A DNA stretch of 57,079 bases, from positions 1 through 57,079 of the IMG/VR virus record IMGVR_UViG_3300017781_000010, one strand, 5' to 3'. The first letter of the stretch is position 1, and each line of letters starts with the position of its first letter. The stretch comes from a virus (Duplodnaviria; Caudoviricetes). The position numbers were made by a program, and so were the translations under genes. The notes below the pieces were generated by a model. That model was not told the DNA's origin, searched no databases, and saw only the letters and a list, made by a program, of their open reading frames with translations. Of this stretch, positions 35,901 through 44,079 are shown piece after piece.

Positions 35901-38035
35901 ACAAATATTGTTTTTTGTGCATGTAATTCTGTTGGAATATTAGTTGTTACACCTGCTGTAATTGCATCAGTTGTAATTTTAATTAAGTTATCAATAGTTG
36001 TAGTTGATCCTGGTGTTGCATCATACGCTGTTAATTTTTGTTGTGTAATTGGAGATGCTACACTGTTTAGTGATGCATAGTTTGCTGTTGGATCTGTTTT
36101 TGCAAGAATGTTTGGCATAATACTTTTAAGGTAATTAATTGCCGCAACAGTTTCACCTGTTTGTCCTGCAATATAACTTGCGCCACCTGGTTGGAAATAA
36201 GATAATGCTACTAAGCGTGATCTAACATTACCACCATGTGATAAATCCCATGCAACAGCATCAATAATTTGTCCTGTGTCTCTTGTACATTTTGCTTTGT
36301 CGTATGTAAAAGATCCTGTAAATGGACTAATAGCATTGGCAATTTGATAGTCTACCCATTCTACTGTTTGTTGTTGTAAGAAAGATCTATTTGCTTCAAT
36401 TAATAATCTATCGTTTTGGTTTACTGATCCATCTCTAATTTGTTCTGTTGCAAAACGTACTGTTTTGAATGGTCTGTCTAACGTAATACCTCTATCTGGA
36501 GTTTTACCGTCTACACCACTTTGTGTATCTACATAGTAAACATGATTAACTTGACCAAAGTATGTCCACTCTGGAGCAGTTTGTGCGTCATTAACTTTTA
36601 ACACCTGTCCAGGTTTTCCAACTGGTAAACGTGCTGGACCTGATCCACCGTAGTAAACAATATCACCAATAGTTGTTAAGTTTCCTGCTTCAGCACCACC
36701 ACTAAAGAAGTTCCAAAAATTTCCGCCTGTATCACTAGCAGGATCGTTCACTCCATTATTTGAAGTATGCGATTGTACTGCAATGTAACTGTTAACACCT
36801 TGTTGAACAGTATCACCTAAATCGTAATATGTTGCTGTAGTCCAAGTATTTTTCCATTGTGCGCCTTCGTTTAATTTTTCCCAATATGTTAAATTTGGTG
36901 GGCGTACACCGTTTGAATTTGCAATAGCAAGATAAGTATATCCTCCTACTCTTACAACATCACCTGTTAGATAATCTTGGTTTGCTGAGTCATCTCCGTA
37001 GTCGCCTCTTAAATTAAATCCTGTTGCAAATACGTCCCAGTCATTTGGATTATCTGTTGGAGGCTTTTCTGAGTTATTTGTTTTTGAAACATAAGTGTAA
37101 CCACCGTAAGTAACAATGTCACCTGGTTGGTATGGTGAATATGGTCCCCAACTATCTTCAAATTCTAATCCTGGAATAAACTGTGCCCAGTTTGCTTCAT
37201 CTGTTTTTAGATCAAGTGCAACACTTGATGTATGATATGTTGTACAAATCCAAAGTCCGCCTGAGTCTTTTACAACATCGTTAATTTTATATCTATATCC
37301 ACTTGCCCATTCACCTAGGTATTCAATACCTTTATGGAAGTAATCCCATTTTGCTTGATCTGCTTCTAATCCTATTATTGCTGTTGCCGCTGAAGTATGA
37401 CCTGTGTTACAAGAATAAACTTGTCCACCGTACTTAACTAAGTCACCAACTCTATAACGTATGCCAACAGCCCAATCTGTTTTCCAATCAAAGCCATCAC
37501 TAATAATGTCCCACTTTGATTGATTTAATTCTAATCCTGATGTAGTATTTGGCGAACTAACATGATATCCTGTACAAATATAAACACGCGAACCGTACTT
37601 GACAATGTCATTAACTTTGTAACGTGTATTAATTGACCAATCTGCTTTATAATCAAAGCCTTCGCCATACAAATCCCAAAAAGCGGCAGTACTATCATCA
37701 CCAAGATTACTTTCCAAACCACCAATGGCACTTGAGTCTGAAATGTGTCCTGTGTTACAAATATAGAGTTGTCCGCCGTATTTTACAATATCATTAATTT
37801 TATAAACGGCACCAGTTGCCCAGTCGCCTTTCCAAGTTTGACCGTCTGCAAACACCTGCCACTTGGCTGTTGAATTATTTAGATCTAACATAAAGTCAGT
37901 CTGTGATATGTGTCCTACTACACACATAAAAGTTTTACCACCATATCTTACTACATCATCTTTATAGTAAGTGGTTGCTTCAGACCATTCGTCTTTCCAA
38001 ATAAATCTAATTCTACCTAATTTAAATTCTGCCAT
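32960..38035 (-). CDS. Large fibre protein (1,691 aa): N-terminal Trp/Tyr CBM5/12-like repeats, helical CxRD region, beta-helix-like region
   Basis: 'MAEFKLGRIRF.WK'; repeats 'W....Y...D.VKYGG..Y.C..GH.S'; 'SPYVQNVTTFG...NDFTQILSDGIG'; paralog of 38071-42987. Confidence 0.75.
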   Translation of the reverse strand: MAEFKLGRIRFIWKDEWSEATTYYKDDVVRYGGKTFMCVVGHISQTDFMLDLNNSTAKWQVFADGQTWKGDWATGAVYKINDIVKYGGQLYICNTGHISDSSAIGGLESNLGDDSTAAFWDLYGEGFDYKADWSINTRYKVNDIVKYGSRVYICTGYHVSSPNTTSGLELNQSKWDIISDGFDWKTDWAVGIRYRVGDLVKYGGQVYSCNTGHTSAATAIIGLEADQAKWDYFHKGIEYLGEWASGYRYKINDVVKDSGGLWICTTYHTSSVALDLKTDEANWAQFIPGLEFEDSWGPYSPYQPGDIVTYGGYTYVSKTNNSEKPPTDNPNDWDVFATGFNLRGDYGDDSANQDYLTGDVVRVGGYTYLAIANSNGVRPPNLTYWEKLNEGAQWKNTWTTATYYDLGDTVQQGVNSYIAVQSHTSNNGVNDPASDTGGNFWNFFSGGAEAGNLTTIGDIVYYGGSGPARLPVGKPGQVLKVNDAQTAPEWTYFGQVNHVYYVDTQSGVDGKTPDRGITLDRPFKTVRFATEQIRDGSVNQNDRLLIEANRSFLQQQTVEWVDYQIANAISPFTGSFTYDKAKCTRDTGQIIDAVAWDLSHGGNVRSRLVALSYFQPGGASYIAGQTGETVAAINYLKSIMPNILAKTDPTANYASLNSVASPITQQKLTAYDATPGSTTTIDNLIKITTDAITAGVTTNIPTELHAQKTIFVKTGEYEEVLPIIIPEDVAIVGDELRSTRIKPAPSQTSAADVPKSIAALTRISAVISNIVQNVAITKSTGNSATQVTTRPAGNASAGTAAENLFREIYDYIDWGVNGASGDSTMPTMRGSNTPETSTGYTYAVEVIEANRDFIIAEVHAYIAATYPSYTYTLAACARDMNAYIDGVKHDLIYSGNYRSLLNAKYYVHSVEGNLLKDMFFARNGTGIRNCTLTGLTGSLSGANGYGTKRPTAGAYVSLDPGWGPAHTEAWITNKSPYVQNVTTFGTACIGLKVDGDLHDGGNDSIVANDFTQILSDGIGYWVTNLGRSELVSVFTYYNHIGYLAENGGKIRATNGNNSYGDFGSVAEGIDVTETPVLGKVDNQQLEAQISNVLTDGANEILQLEYSNAGQGYTTEATTAILTLDNIANNDPARVAGTYKGITGSSSGSGTGQEFDLEITSVGGIVPTVIKGGTGHAIADTITINDSLVGGGGAANVTFKVATIGAATRYSLQGEGFGAAVSAVTVRSGGVFEVQLESDSSVYGGEGFVTIASNAQAGNTTQITLAATDINPTGTYNGMMIYLVSGLGAGQYGVISSFNAATKVATITKESDGSSGWEHVKGSAIAATLDATSAYDITPRVIFSAPTSGTRARGRARVADEKVVEVKIIEPGSGYSNPPSMTLIDPSHTVEVPHTVRIGNGVLAQPTYSNRGTGFITASAEVVGDGFADIRQSGTKLRFDNLDAIPQKGSNVEFASLPNRWFKLVSITNLLGNSPYSALLQVSPAILESERPPHNDPITIRRRYSQVRLTGHDFLDIGTGNFSNTNYPGAPLTDPDPQYETNDFGGGRVFYTSTDQDGNFRVGGLFNVEQATGIATLNVEAFNISGLNELQLGSVALGGAGAVITEFSTDGTFSADSDSVVPTQKAIKTYITSQIGGGVATLNVNSVTAGVIEVTQNQISTTDGGRINILNAVNFKGGIDGAPVALSMFLNN

Positions 38036-38058
38036 TGGTTACTCCACCGTATACGTTA

Positions 38059-38066
38059 TATTTATC
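38059..38066 (-). promoter_or_regulatory. Late promoter GATAAATA
   Basis: Intergenic, upstream of a GGAG RBS and ATG at 38035. Confidence 0.65.
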
Positions 38067-38070
38067 ATTA

Positions 38071-41000
38071 TCACTCATCATCGCCTATTCCTGGAAAGCC
38101 TCCTGTTGCTTCAGCACCACCTGCTACAAAGTATGCTTGTGCCGCCATATCGCCGCCGACTGTACCTGCTCCACCTTGAATACTTACTGGTGCGTTGAAT
38201 ACTATAGTGCCACCCAAAGGTTTGAATATTTTATTACCTTCAAAACTTATATCGCCAGCATTTAACCTGTTAACTTTAAGATCTGAACCACCTGATGATA
38301 CTCTTGCTTGTACATATTTGCCGATTGCTCGCTGTGTTGGTACAATGTTATTTGAGTTAGCCGCAAATGTTGGATCTGTACTGAATTCTCTAATAACAGC
38401 CCCTGTTCCGCCAAGTACAACTCCACCTAATCTAAGTTCTTCTAATCCATCTAATTCAAAGAAACTAGCATTAATACTAATTGTACCAGTTGACTGTTCA
38501 ACTTCGAATAGTTCACCAACTCTAAAGTTACCATCTTGGTCAGTACTTGTGTAGAAAACACGACCGCCGTTGTATTGTAAAACTTCGTTAAATTGTTTTG
38601 GTTCTGCATCTTCATCTGGATTATAACCAAATACATACAAACCCGGATATGCTGTACTTGCAAAGTTACCTGTACCAATATCTAAGAAATCATGTCCTGT
38701 TAATCTAACTTGACTATACTGTTGTCTAATTATAATACTTTCGCCATGTACTGGTGCTTCTTGACGTCCTAGATTTGGACTTATTTGTAATTTTAAGTTG
38801 TATCCACCTAATATACCTGTTGTTTCTTTTATTTTAACAACAAAATATGTAACTCCGTCAATACCAGTAATACTAATATTGTCTCCTGGTCCTGGAAGTT
38901 TACTTACATTTTCTAAAATTAATTCATCTGCAATTTGTACAATTTCTGCATAGCCATCACCTGATGTAACTTCTGCTTGTGATCTAAAGTAACCTGTACC
39001 AAAATTACTCATTGTAGGTTGAGGTAACACACCGTTAGCAACTTCTGCTACAGTTGTTACGTCTAATGTATTTTTATTATCATTTACAGTTACAATAGGA
39101 TTACTTGAATAACCTGCACCCGGATCATGCAAAATAAATGTTCCAATTCTACCACTTGCTACAATTGGTCTACACAATGCTCTTGTACCGTAAGTAATTT
39201 TGTCTACGTTTTGTTGTCCACTTGTAACAACATACCAATCACTTGTAGTGCTTGATCCTGCAACTCCTGCTCTAATTTCAAAACCTGCAGGTAATAATTT
39301 AGCAAGCCAATGGAATCCATCTCTACTAAATGCAACTACATCTGATTGTGCTCCTGTATCGCTTTTTACTGCACAGAATGTTCCTTGTGAATAACCTATC
39401 CCTGTCCATTCACCTGGTTCCATACTACCAGCATACCAAGTTATACCATCAAAACTAACTGCTGTTTCTGCTGTACTACTATCAGTTTTTGCTGTGGTTG
39501 CTACGAATCTATCTCTTCCCCAAATAACTTTCTCCCAAGCACTTGTTGCTGGAAGTGTAAATGCAGTCCAACTCGACCCATTGTCTGTTGAGTATGCTCC
39601 TACGTTACTCGGTGCCGCTACTGTACCAGCAAGTGCAACCCAAACTCCACTTATACTACCACCATATGCAATACAAGACCATTCGTCTGCTGTTGGAAGT
39701 GTAGTTGTACCCCAACTATTTCCTGCATCTGTTGATCTAATTGCTGTAGTACTCGCTCCTGAACTTGATTGTACTGTTCCTATCATTATGTCACCTAATG
39801 GTTGACCATCAATATCAGTTACAGTATCAGTTGCCGCTAATCCTAAAGTTGTGTCATTCCAAACTGCACCACCATCGCTACTAAAAGATCCTGCACTAGT
39901 AGCACCTGCTGTATTAACAAGTGCAATTTTTGTATTTCCTATAGCAACCAATCCACCTTTTCCTGTTCGGTCAGTGTGTGTCCAGCCGTTACCGTCTGTA
40001 CTAACAGATACTCCGTCTGCATGACTTGCTACCCAAATATCTTGTGAATTATATGTTCCGCGTTTAATATCTTGCCACGGAGCAGTAGTCCCTAAATTTG
40101 TTGATTGAAGTTGATAATTTGGTTCTGCAACTTCCGATCTTGGTTCAATATAGTAACGTGAAGTATCATTTAATGTACCATGTATTGGTTGTCCTGTTAC
40201 ATGTTCCCAACCTGGTTCTCCGTTTACTTCTTTTTCTACAGTAGCAACTTTACTTATTGTATTAAATCCGCTAATTCTTCCATATTGTCCAGCACCTTTA
40301 CCTGCATATATAAACAATCTTTGTCCAATATAATCTGCAGGATCTGTAGTATCATCTGCATTACTTAATGAAAGTGATGTTGATGTACCAATCTGTGCTT
40401 TGTTGGCTTTGAACGTATAATTACTACCGCCAATAAAGTTTGAATCTTCTTCAGTAACAAATACTTGGCGCACACCACCTTGTCTAAATTCATTAAATGT
40501 GGCTACTGCATTTTGACCATTACCTGTTATTGTCATATTTGCATTTGTGTAACCTTCTCCTGCATGTGTCCATGCTACGCCATGAACTTGATTGTTGTCA
40601 GTGTAAGTTTGATAAACCTGTGCTTCTTTACTTCTGTTGTTTACTGTTCCTGTAATCGGAACTTCATCAATATCAAAACCTTCTGCAACAGTTCCGTATG
40701 TTCCGTATGAGTTGTTACCATTCAATGCACGAACTTTACCTCCTGCTGTTGCAAGATATCCAATATGGCAATAGTAAGTAAACACAGACACAAGTTCTGA
40801 TTTACCATCACCGTTTGCCCAGTAACCAATACCATCACTTAATATTTGTGTAAAATCGTTTGCAACAATTGATTTGTTTCCTGAATTATGTAAGTCACCG
40901 TCAACTTTCATTCCTATGCACCCTGTTCCAAATGTTGTTACGTTTTGTACATATGGGGATTTAGTTGTAATATGTGCATAAGTATCTGCAACTCCTGTTG

Positions 41001-42987
41001 CTGGATCTAATGAAACATATGCTCCTGCTGTTGGGCGTCTAGTTAAATTATCATTTGGTTGTCCTAGTGTTCCTGATAGACCTTGTAATGTCATATTACG
41101 TAATCCTGAACCGTTGTGCATGTAAAACATATTGTCTAATTCATATCCATCTGCTGGCATAATAACTGTTGAACGTAATTCGTCGCCAACAACAGCAACA
41201 TCTTTTGGAATAACTATTGGAAGCAATTCTTTGTATGCACCTGTTGCAACAAAAATTGTTGCTGGTGTTCTTTCTGCTAAATTTCCTTGTAAATATTGAC
41301 AAGCATATTTTACTGTTTTAAATGGAGTTGCTGGATTTCTACCTGCTGTTTGAATATCTTCACCAAAAGGACTCACATACCAAACTTTGTTAATTTCAAA
41401 TAAATTTTCATATTTTAAAGTTGTATCTTCGTCAACCTTAAGAAGTGCTCCTGCACCACCGATAGCAAGTCTTGCTGTGCCTAATGTACTTCCATCATCT
41501 TTAGTTGCATATGTTCTAATATCACCTCTATAACGTAATACATTATTTGTCGCACTAGTTTCATTATTACCAGCGTATTTTGTCCAATAGTAGTCGTTAC
41601 CAGTTAATGTATCTGTATCAATTCTTGGTCTTGATTCAAATATATTACTATAATGTTGTTTTTTACAAATATAAGTTTCACTTTCGTCCATAACAACTTC
41701 GCCTGGATAGTATTGAAAGAAACTACTGTCGCCTTCAATTGTTGCTGATTCTTTCCATTCGCCCTTCCAAGCAAATCCTGTTACAAGTAATTTCCATTGC
41801 GCTGAAGTGTCAGTATCAGGATCACCTGGTTCAATAAGTTCATTTGCTAAAACATTAACTAACGCTTCGTATAAGTATCCGCCCTTGCGTACAACACTAC
41901 CTGGAGCATAACTATTGAGTATTGACCATTCGCCCTTCATTGAGTATCCTTGTACTAATACTTCCCAGTCAGCACCTACGCCATCTTGTTCTAAGCCAAA
42001 TGCACTTGGATTTGAACCAATGTTAATAGTTAACGCAGTATAGGTATATCCTCCGTACTGTACTATATCTCCTGGTTGATAGGCTTCGTTAGGATCCCAT
42101 ATTTCTTCAAATCCTAAACCTGGTAACCATATGTCCCAATCAGCAGTATCATTAAATGTGTCTGTACCACTCATACCTCGTTTTGCTTTGTACAAGTTTG
42201 GTCCAAATCTCACAATATCATTTGTTTTATACCATTGAGATCCTGACCAGTCGCCTTTAAATTCAATTCCTTCTACTACAAGTTCCCACTTAGCCGCAGT
42301 TGAATCTAGACCTAAATCTGTTCCAATACCTTCTCTAATATCACTGTTACTTGTATGGCCAACAATACAACGATATACGTTTCCACCATATCTTACAATA
42401 TCATCAACTTTGTATCTAGTATTTTCTAACCATGCACCCATCCAATTATCACTTCTATTATACACTGCCCATTTAGATTGGTCTGCTTCTAATCCTTGCT
42501 GTGTTGTATTACTTGTATGGTCAGTAACACAAATATATAATATTCCGCAATATTTTACTAAATCGGCTTTCTTGTAAACTGTACTTGCAGTCCATAATGC
42601 AAGATAATTAACACCTTTAGCAAACGGTGACCATTTTTCTCCGTCTGTTTCTAGTCCTAAACTAAGTGATGATGCACTAGTATGGCTATCAATACAATTA
42701 TAAAGTATACCTCTATATTTTACAACATCATTTACTTTGTAGAATGCTTCTGGTTGCCATTCGCCCTTCCACTGGCGTCCGTCGCCCATTTGCTCCCACT
42801 TAGGAGTAGATTCTCCTGCTACAAGAAAGTCTAAATCTGTGTTAAAATCTGCACTTGCAGTATGCCCTGACAAAGCAACAAATACTTTACCACCATAACT
42901 TATAACATCATCTTTTCTGTATGCTGTCCCTGTTACCCAAGGACCTTTCCAGTTAAATCTAATTCTATCAATTCTAAATTCTGCCAT
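38071..42987 (-). CDS. Large fibre protein (1,638 aa), paralog of the 1,691 aa protein, with an extra BNR/Asp-box beta-propeller-like insert
   Basis: 'MAEFRIDRIRF.WK'; same repeats; 'STDGNGW', 'SSDGGAVW', 'STDAGNSW', 'STDNGSSW', 'SFDGITW', 'SRDGFHW'. Confidence 0.75.
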   Translation of the reverse strand: MAEFRIDRIRFNWKGPWVTGTAYRKDDVISYGGKVFVALSGHTASADFNTDLDFLVAGESTPKWEQMGDGRQWKGEWQPEAFYKVNDVVKYRGILYNCIDSHTSASSLSLGLETDGEKWSPFAKGVNYLALWTASTVYKKADLVKYCGILYICVTDHTSNTTQQGLEADQSKWAVYNRSDNWMGAWLENTRYKVDDIVRYGGNVYRCIVGHTSNSDIREGIGTDLGLDSTAAKWELVVEGIEFKGDWSGSQWYKTNDIVRFGPNLYKAKRGMSGTDTFNDTADWDIWLPGLGFEEIWDPNEAYQPGDIVQYGGYTYTALTINIGSNPSAFGLEQDGVGADWEVLVQGYSMKGEWSILNSYAPGSVVRKGGYLYEALVNVLANELIEPGDPDTDTSAQWKLLVTGFAWKGEWKESATIEGDSSFFQYYPGEVVMDESETYICKKQHYSNIFESRPRIDTDTLTGNDYYWTKYAGNNETSATNNVLRYRGDIRTYATKDDGSTLGTARLAIGGAGALLKVDEDTTLKYENLFEINKVWYVSPFGEDIQTAGRNPATPFKTVKYACQYLQGNLAERTPATIFVATGAYKELLPIVIPKDVAVVGDELRSTVIMPADGYELDNMFYMHNGSGLRNMTLQGLSGTLGQPNDNLTRRPTAGAYVSLDPATGVADTYAHITTKSPYVQNVTTFGTGCIGMKVDGDLHNSGNKSIVANDFTQILSDGIGYWANGDGKSELVSVFTYYCHIGYLATAGGKVRALNGNNSYGTYGTVAEGFDIDEVPITGTVNNRSKEAQVYQTYTDNNQVHGVAWTHAGEGYTNANMTITGNGQNAVATFNEFRQGGVRQVFVTEEDSNFIGGSNYTFKANKAQIGTSTSLSLSNADDTTDPADYIGQRLFIYAGKGAGQYGRISGFNTISKVATVEKEVNGEPGWEHVTGQPIHGTLNDTSRYYIEPRSEVAEPNYQLQSTNLGTTAPWQDIKRGTYNSQDIWVASHADGVSVSTDGNGWTHTDRTGKGGLVAIGNTKIALVNTAGATSAGSFSSDGGAVWNDTTLGLAATDTVTDIDGQPLGDIMIGTVQSSSGASTTAIRSTDAGNSWGTTTLPTADEWSCIAYGGSISGVWVALAGTVAAPSNVGAYSTDNGSSWTAFTLPATSAWEKVIWGRDRFVATTAKTDSSTAETAVSFDGITWYAGSMEPGEWTGIGYSQGTFCAVKSDTGAQSDVVAFSRDGFHWLAKLLPAGFEIRAGVAGSSTTSDWYVVTSGQQNVDKITYGTRALCRPIVASGRIGTFILHDPGAGYSSNPIVTVNDNKNTLDVTTVAEVANGVLPQPTMSNFGTGYFRSQAEVTSGDGYAEIVQIADELILENVSKLPGPGDNISITGIDGVTYFVVKIKETTGILGGYNLKLQISPNLGRQEAPVHGESIIIRQQYSQVRLTGHDFLDIGTGNFASTAYPGLYVFGYNPDEDAEPKQFNEVLQYNGGRVFYTSTDQDGNFRVGELFEVEQSTGTISINASFFELDGLEELRLGGVVLGGTGAVIREFSTDPTFAANSNNIVPTQRAIGKYVQARVSSGGSDLKVNRLNAGDISFEGNKIFKPLGGTIVFNAPVSIQGGAGTVGGDMAAQAYFVAGGAEATGGFPGIGDDE

Positions 42988-43006
42988 TTTCTTTCCTGTT
43001 CACCTA

Positions 43007-43735
43007 TTATGTAAGTGTATTTATTTGTCCGCCCATGCCTGGATGATTAACACAATAGTAATATAATGTTGGTGCATTTACTGGCACCTTAAATTTTACA
43101 TAACTACCTTTAACTCCTGCTTCACCCAATATTGTAACTCCGGTTGTATATTCTACTCCGCCTGCATGTATGCCATTTGGAGTAATTGATAACCTCAATG
43201 GATGTGTGTTATTTGTTGTTGAACTTTGTCCAAATGTATACGTTTGTCCTTCATATAAGTTAAGTGTAGGACTAGTAATACCGTTAAAATGATATTTGTT
43301 TCCAGCACCATACTTATTAGTAGCACTTGCAACTGTCACTTCGTAAAAGTTTTTGTTGTATTCTGTAAGTCCATCACTACTTACGTCTGTTGAATATGTA
43401 TGTGGCTCGTTAAATTTAAGTACAAACTCTCCATCGTCATTTATGTAATAATTAATATGTCTATTGTCCCAACGTAATTGTTCGTAGTTTAAATTTGGAT
43501 AAACAATTTCGTGATTTTGATCTCTACCTTCGTAAAAGTCTACACCTTGTTCGAAGTCATTATAATTTTGATCTGGATCACCTGGTTTATTAATTTGTAT
43601 ACTTGCATTATTATCCATTTGATCTACTTTTGTAAAAAATAATTCGCCTTGGTCGGTTCTGCGTAGTGCATACAAAAATCTACCGTCAATGTTTCCAGTT
43701 ACGTTTGTTACATCATTTCCTGCATACTGACTCAT
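43007..43735 (-). CDS. Virion protein with C-terminal cupredoxin-like domain (H...CxxHxxM)
   Basis: 'SPTLNLYEGQTYTF.Q...THPL...APTLYYYCVNHPGMGG'. Confidence 0.6.
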   Translation of the reverse strand: MSQYAGNDVTNVTGNIDGRFLYALRRTDQGELFFTKVDQMDNNASIQINKPGDPDQNYNDFEQGVDFYEGRDQNHEIVYPNLNYEQLRWDNRHINYYINDDGEFVLKFNEPHTYSTDVSSDGLTEYNKNFYEVTVASATNKYGAGNKYHFNGITSPTLNLYEGQTYTFGQSSTTNNTHPLRLSITPNGIHAGGVEYTTGVTILGEAGVKGSYVKFKVPVNAPTLYYYCVNHPGMGGQINTLT

Positions 43736-43745
43736 TTATTGCTCC

Positions 43746-44075
43746 TTACTGTATATCCACATAACTTACAACAGCATCTATGCTGTTAGTTGCACTTGAT
43801 TGTACTATTAATTGATGTGCTGTTGGTAAAACAATCTTTTCACCACCAATCATTGCTTTGAATGCTGTCTGTGGAGGTATCATTACATCTTTGACATAAA
43901 ATCCTTCTACACTTCCATCATCTTTTATTAACACACTTCCTTGCACTGCAAAGTCTGTAGTATTTGCTAAGTTAAGACCAATTACTGTGGCATTAGTTGC
44001 CGCTGGTACTTCAAAAACTACAATTTTTTGTGTTCCTATATCTTTAATTACTTTTGTTCTAAAAAACGTTGCCAT
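43746..44075 (-). CDS. Small beta-sandwich connector (paralog family)
   Basis: 'VFEVP...VIGLNLAN...GEKIVLPTAHQLIV'. Confidence 0.6.
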   Translation of the reverse strand: MATFFRTKVIKDIGTQKIVVFEVPAATNATVIGLNLANTTDFAVQGSVLIKDDGSVEGFYVKDVMIPPQTAFKAMIGGEKIVLPTAHQLIVQSSATNSIDAVVSYVDIQ

Positions 44076-44079
44076 ATCT

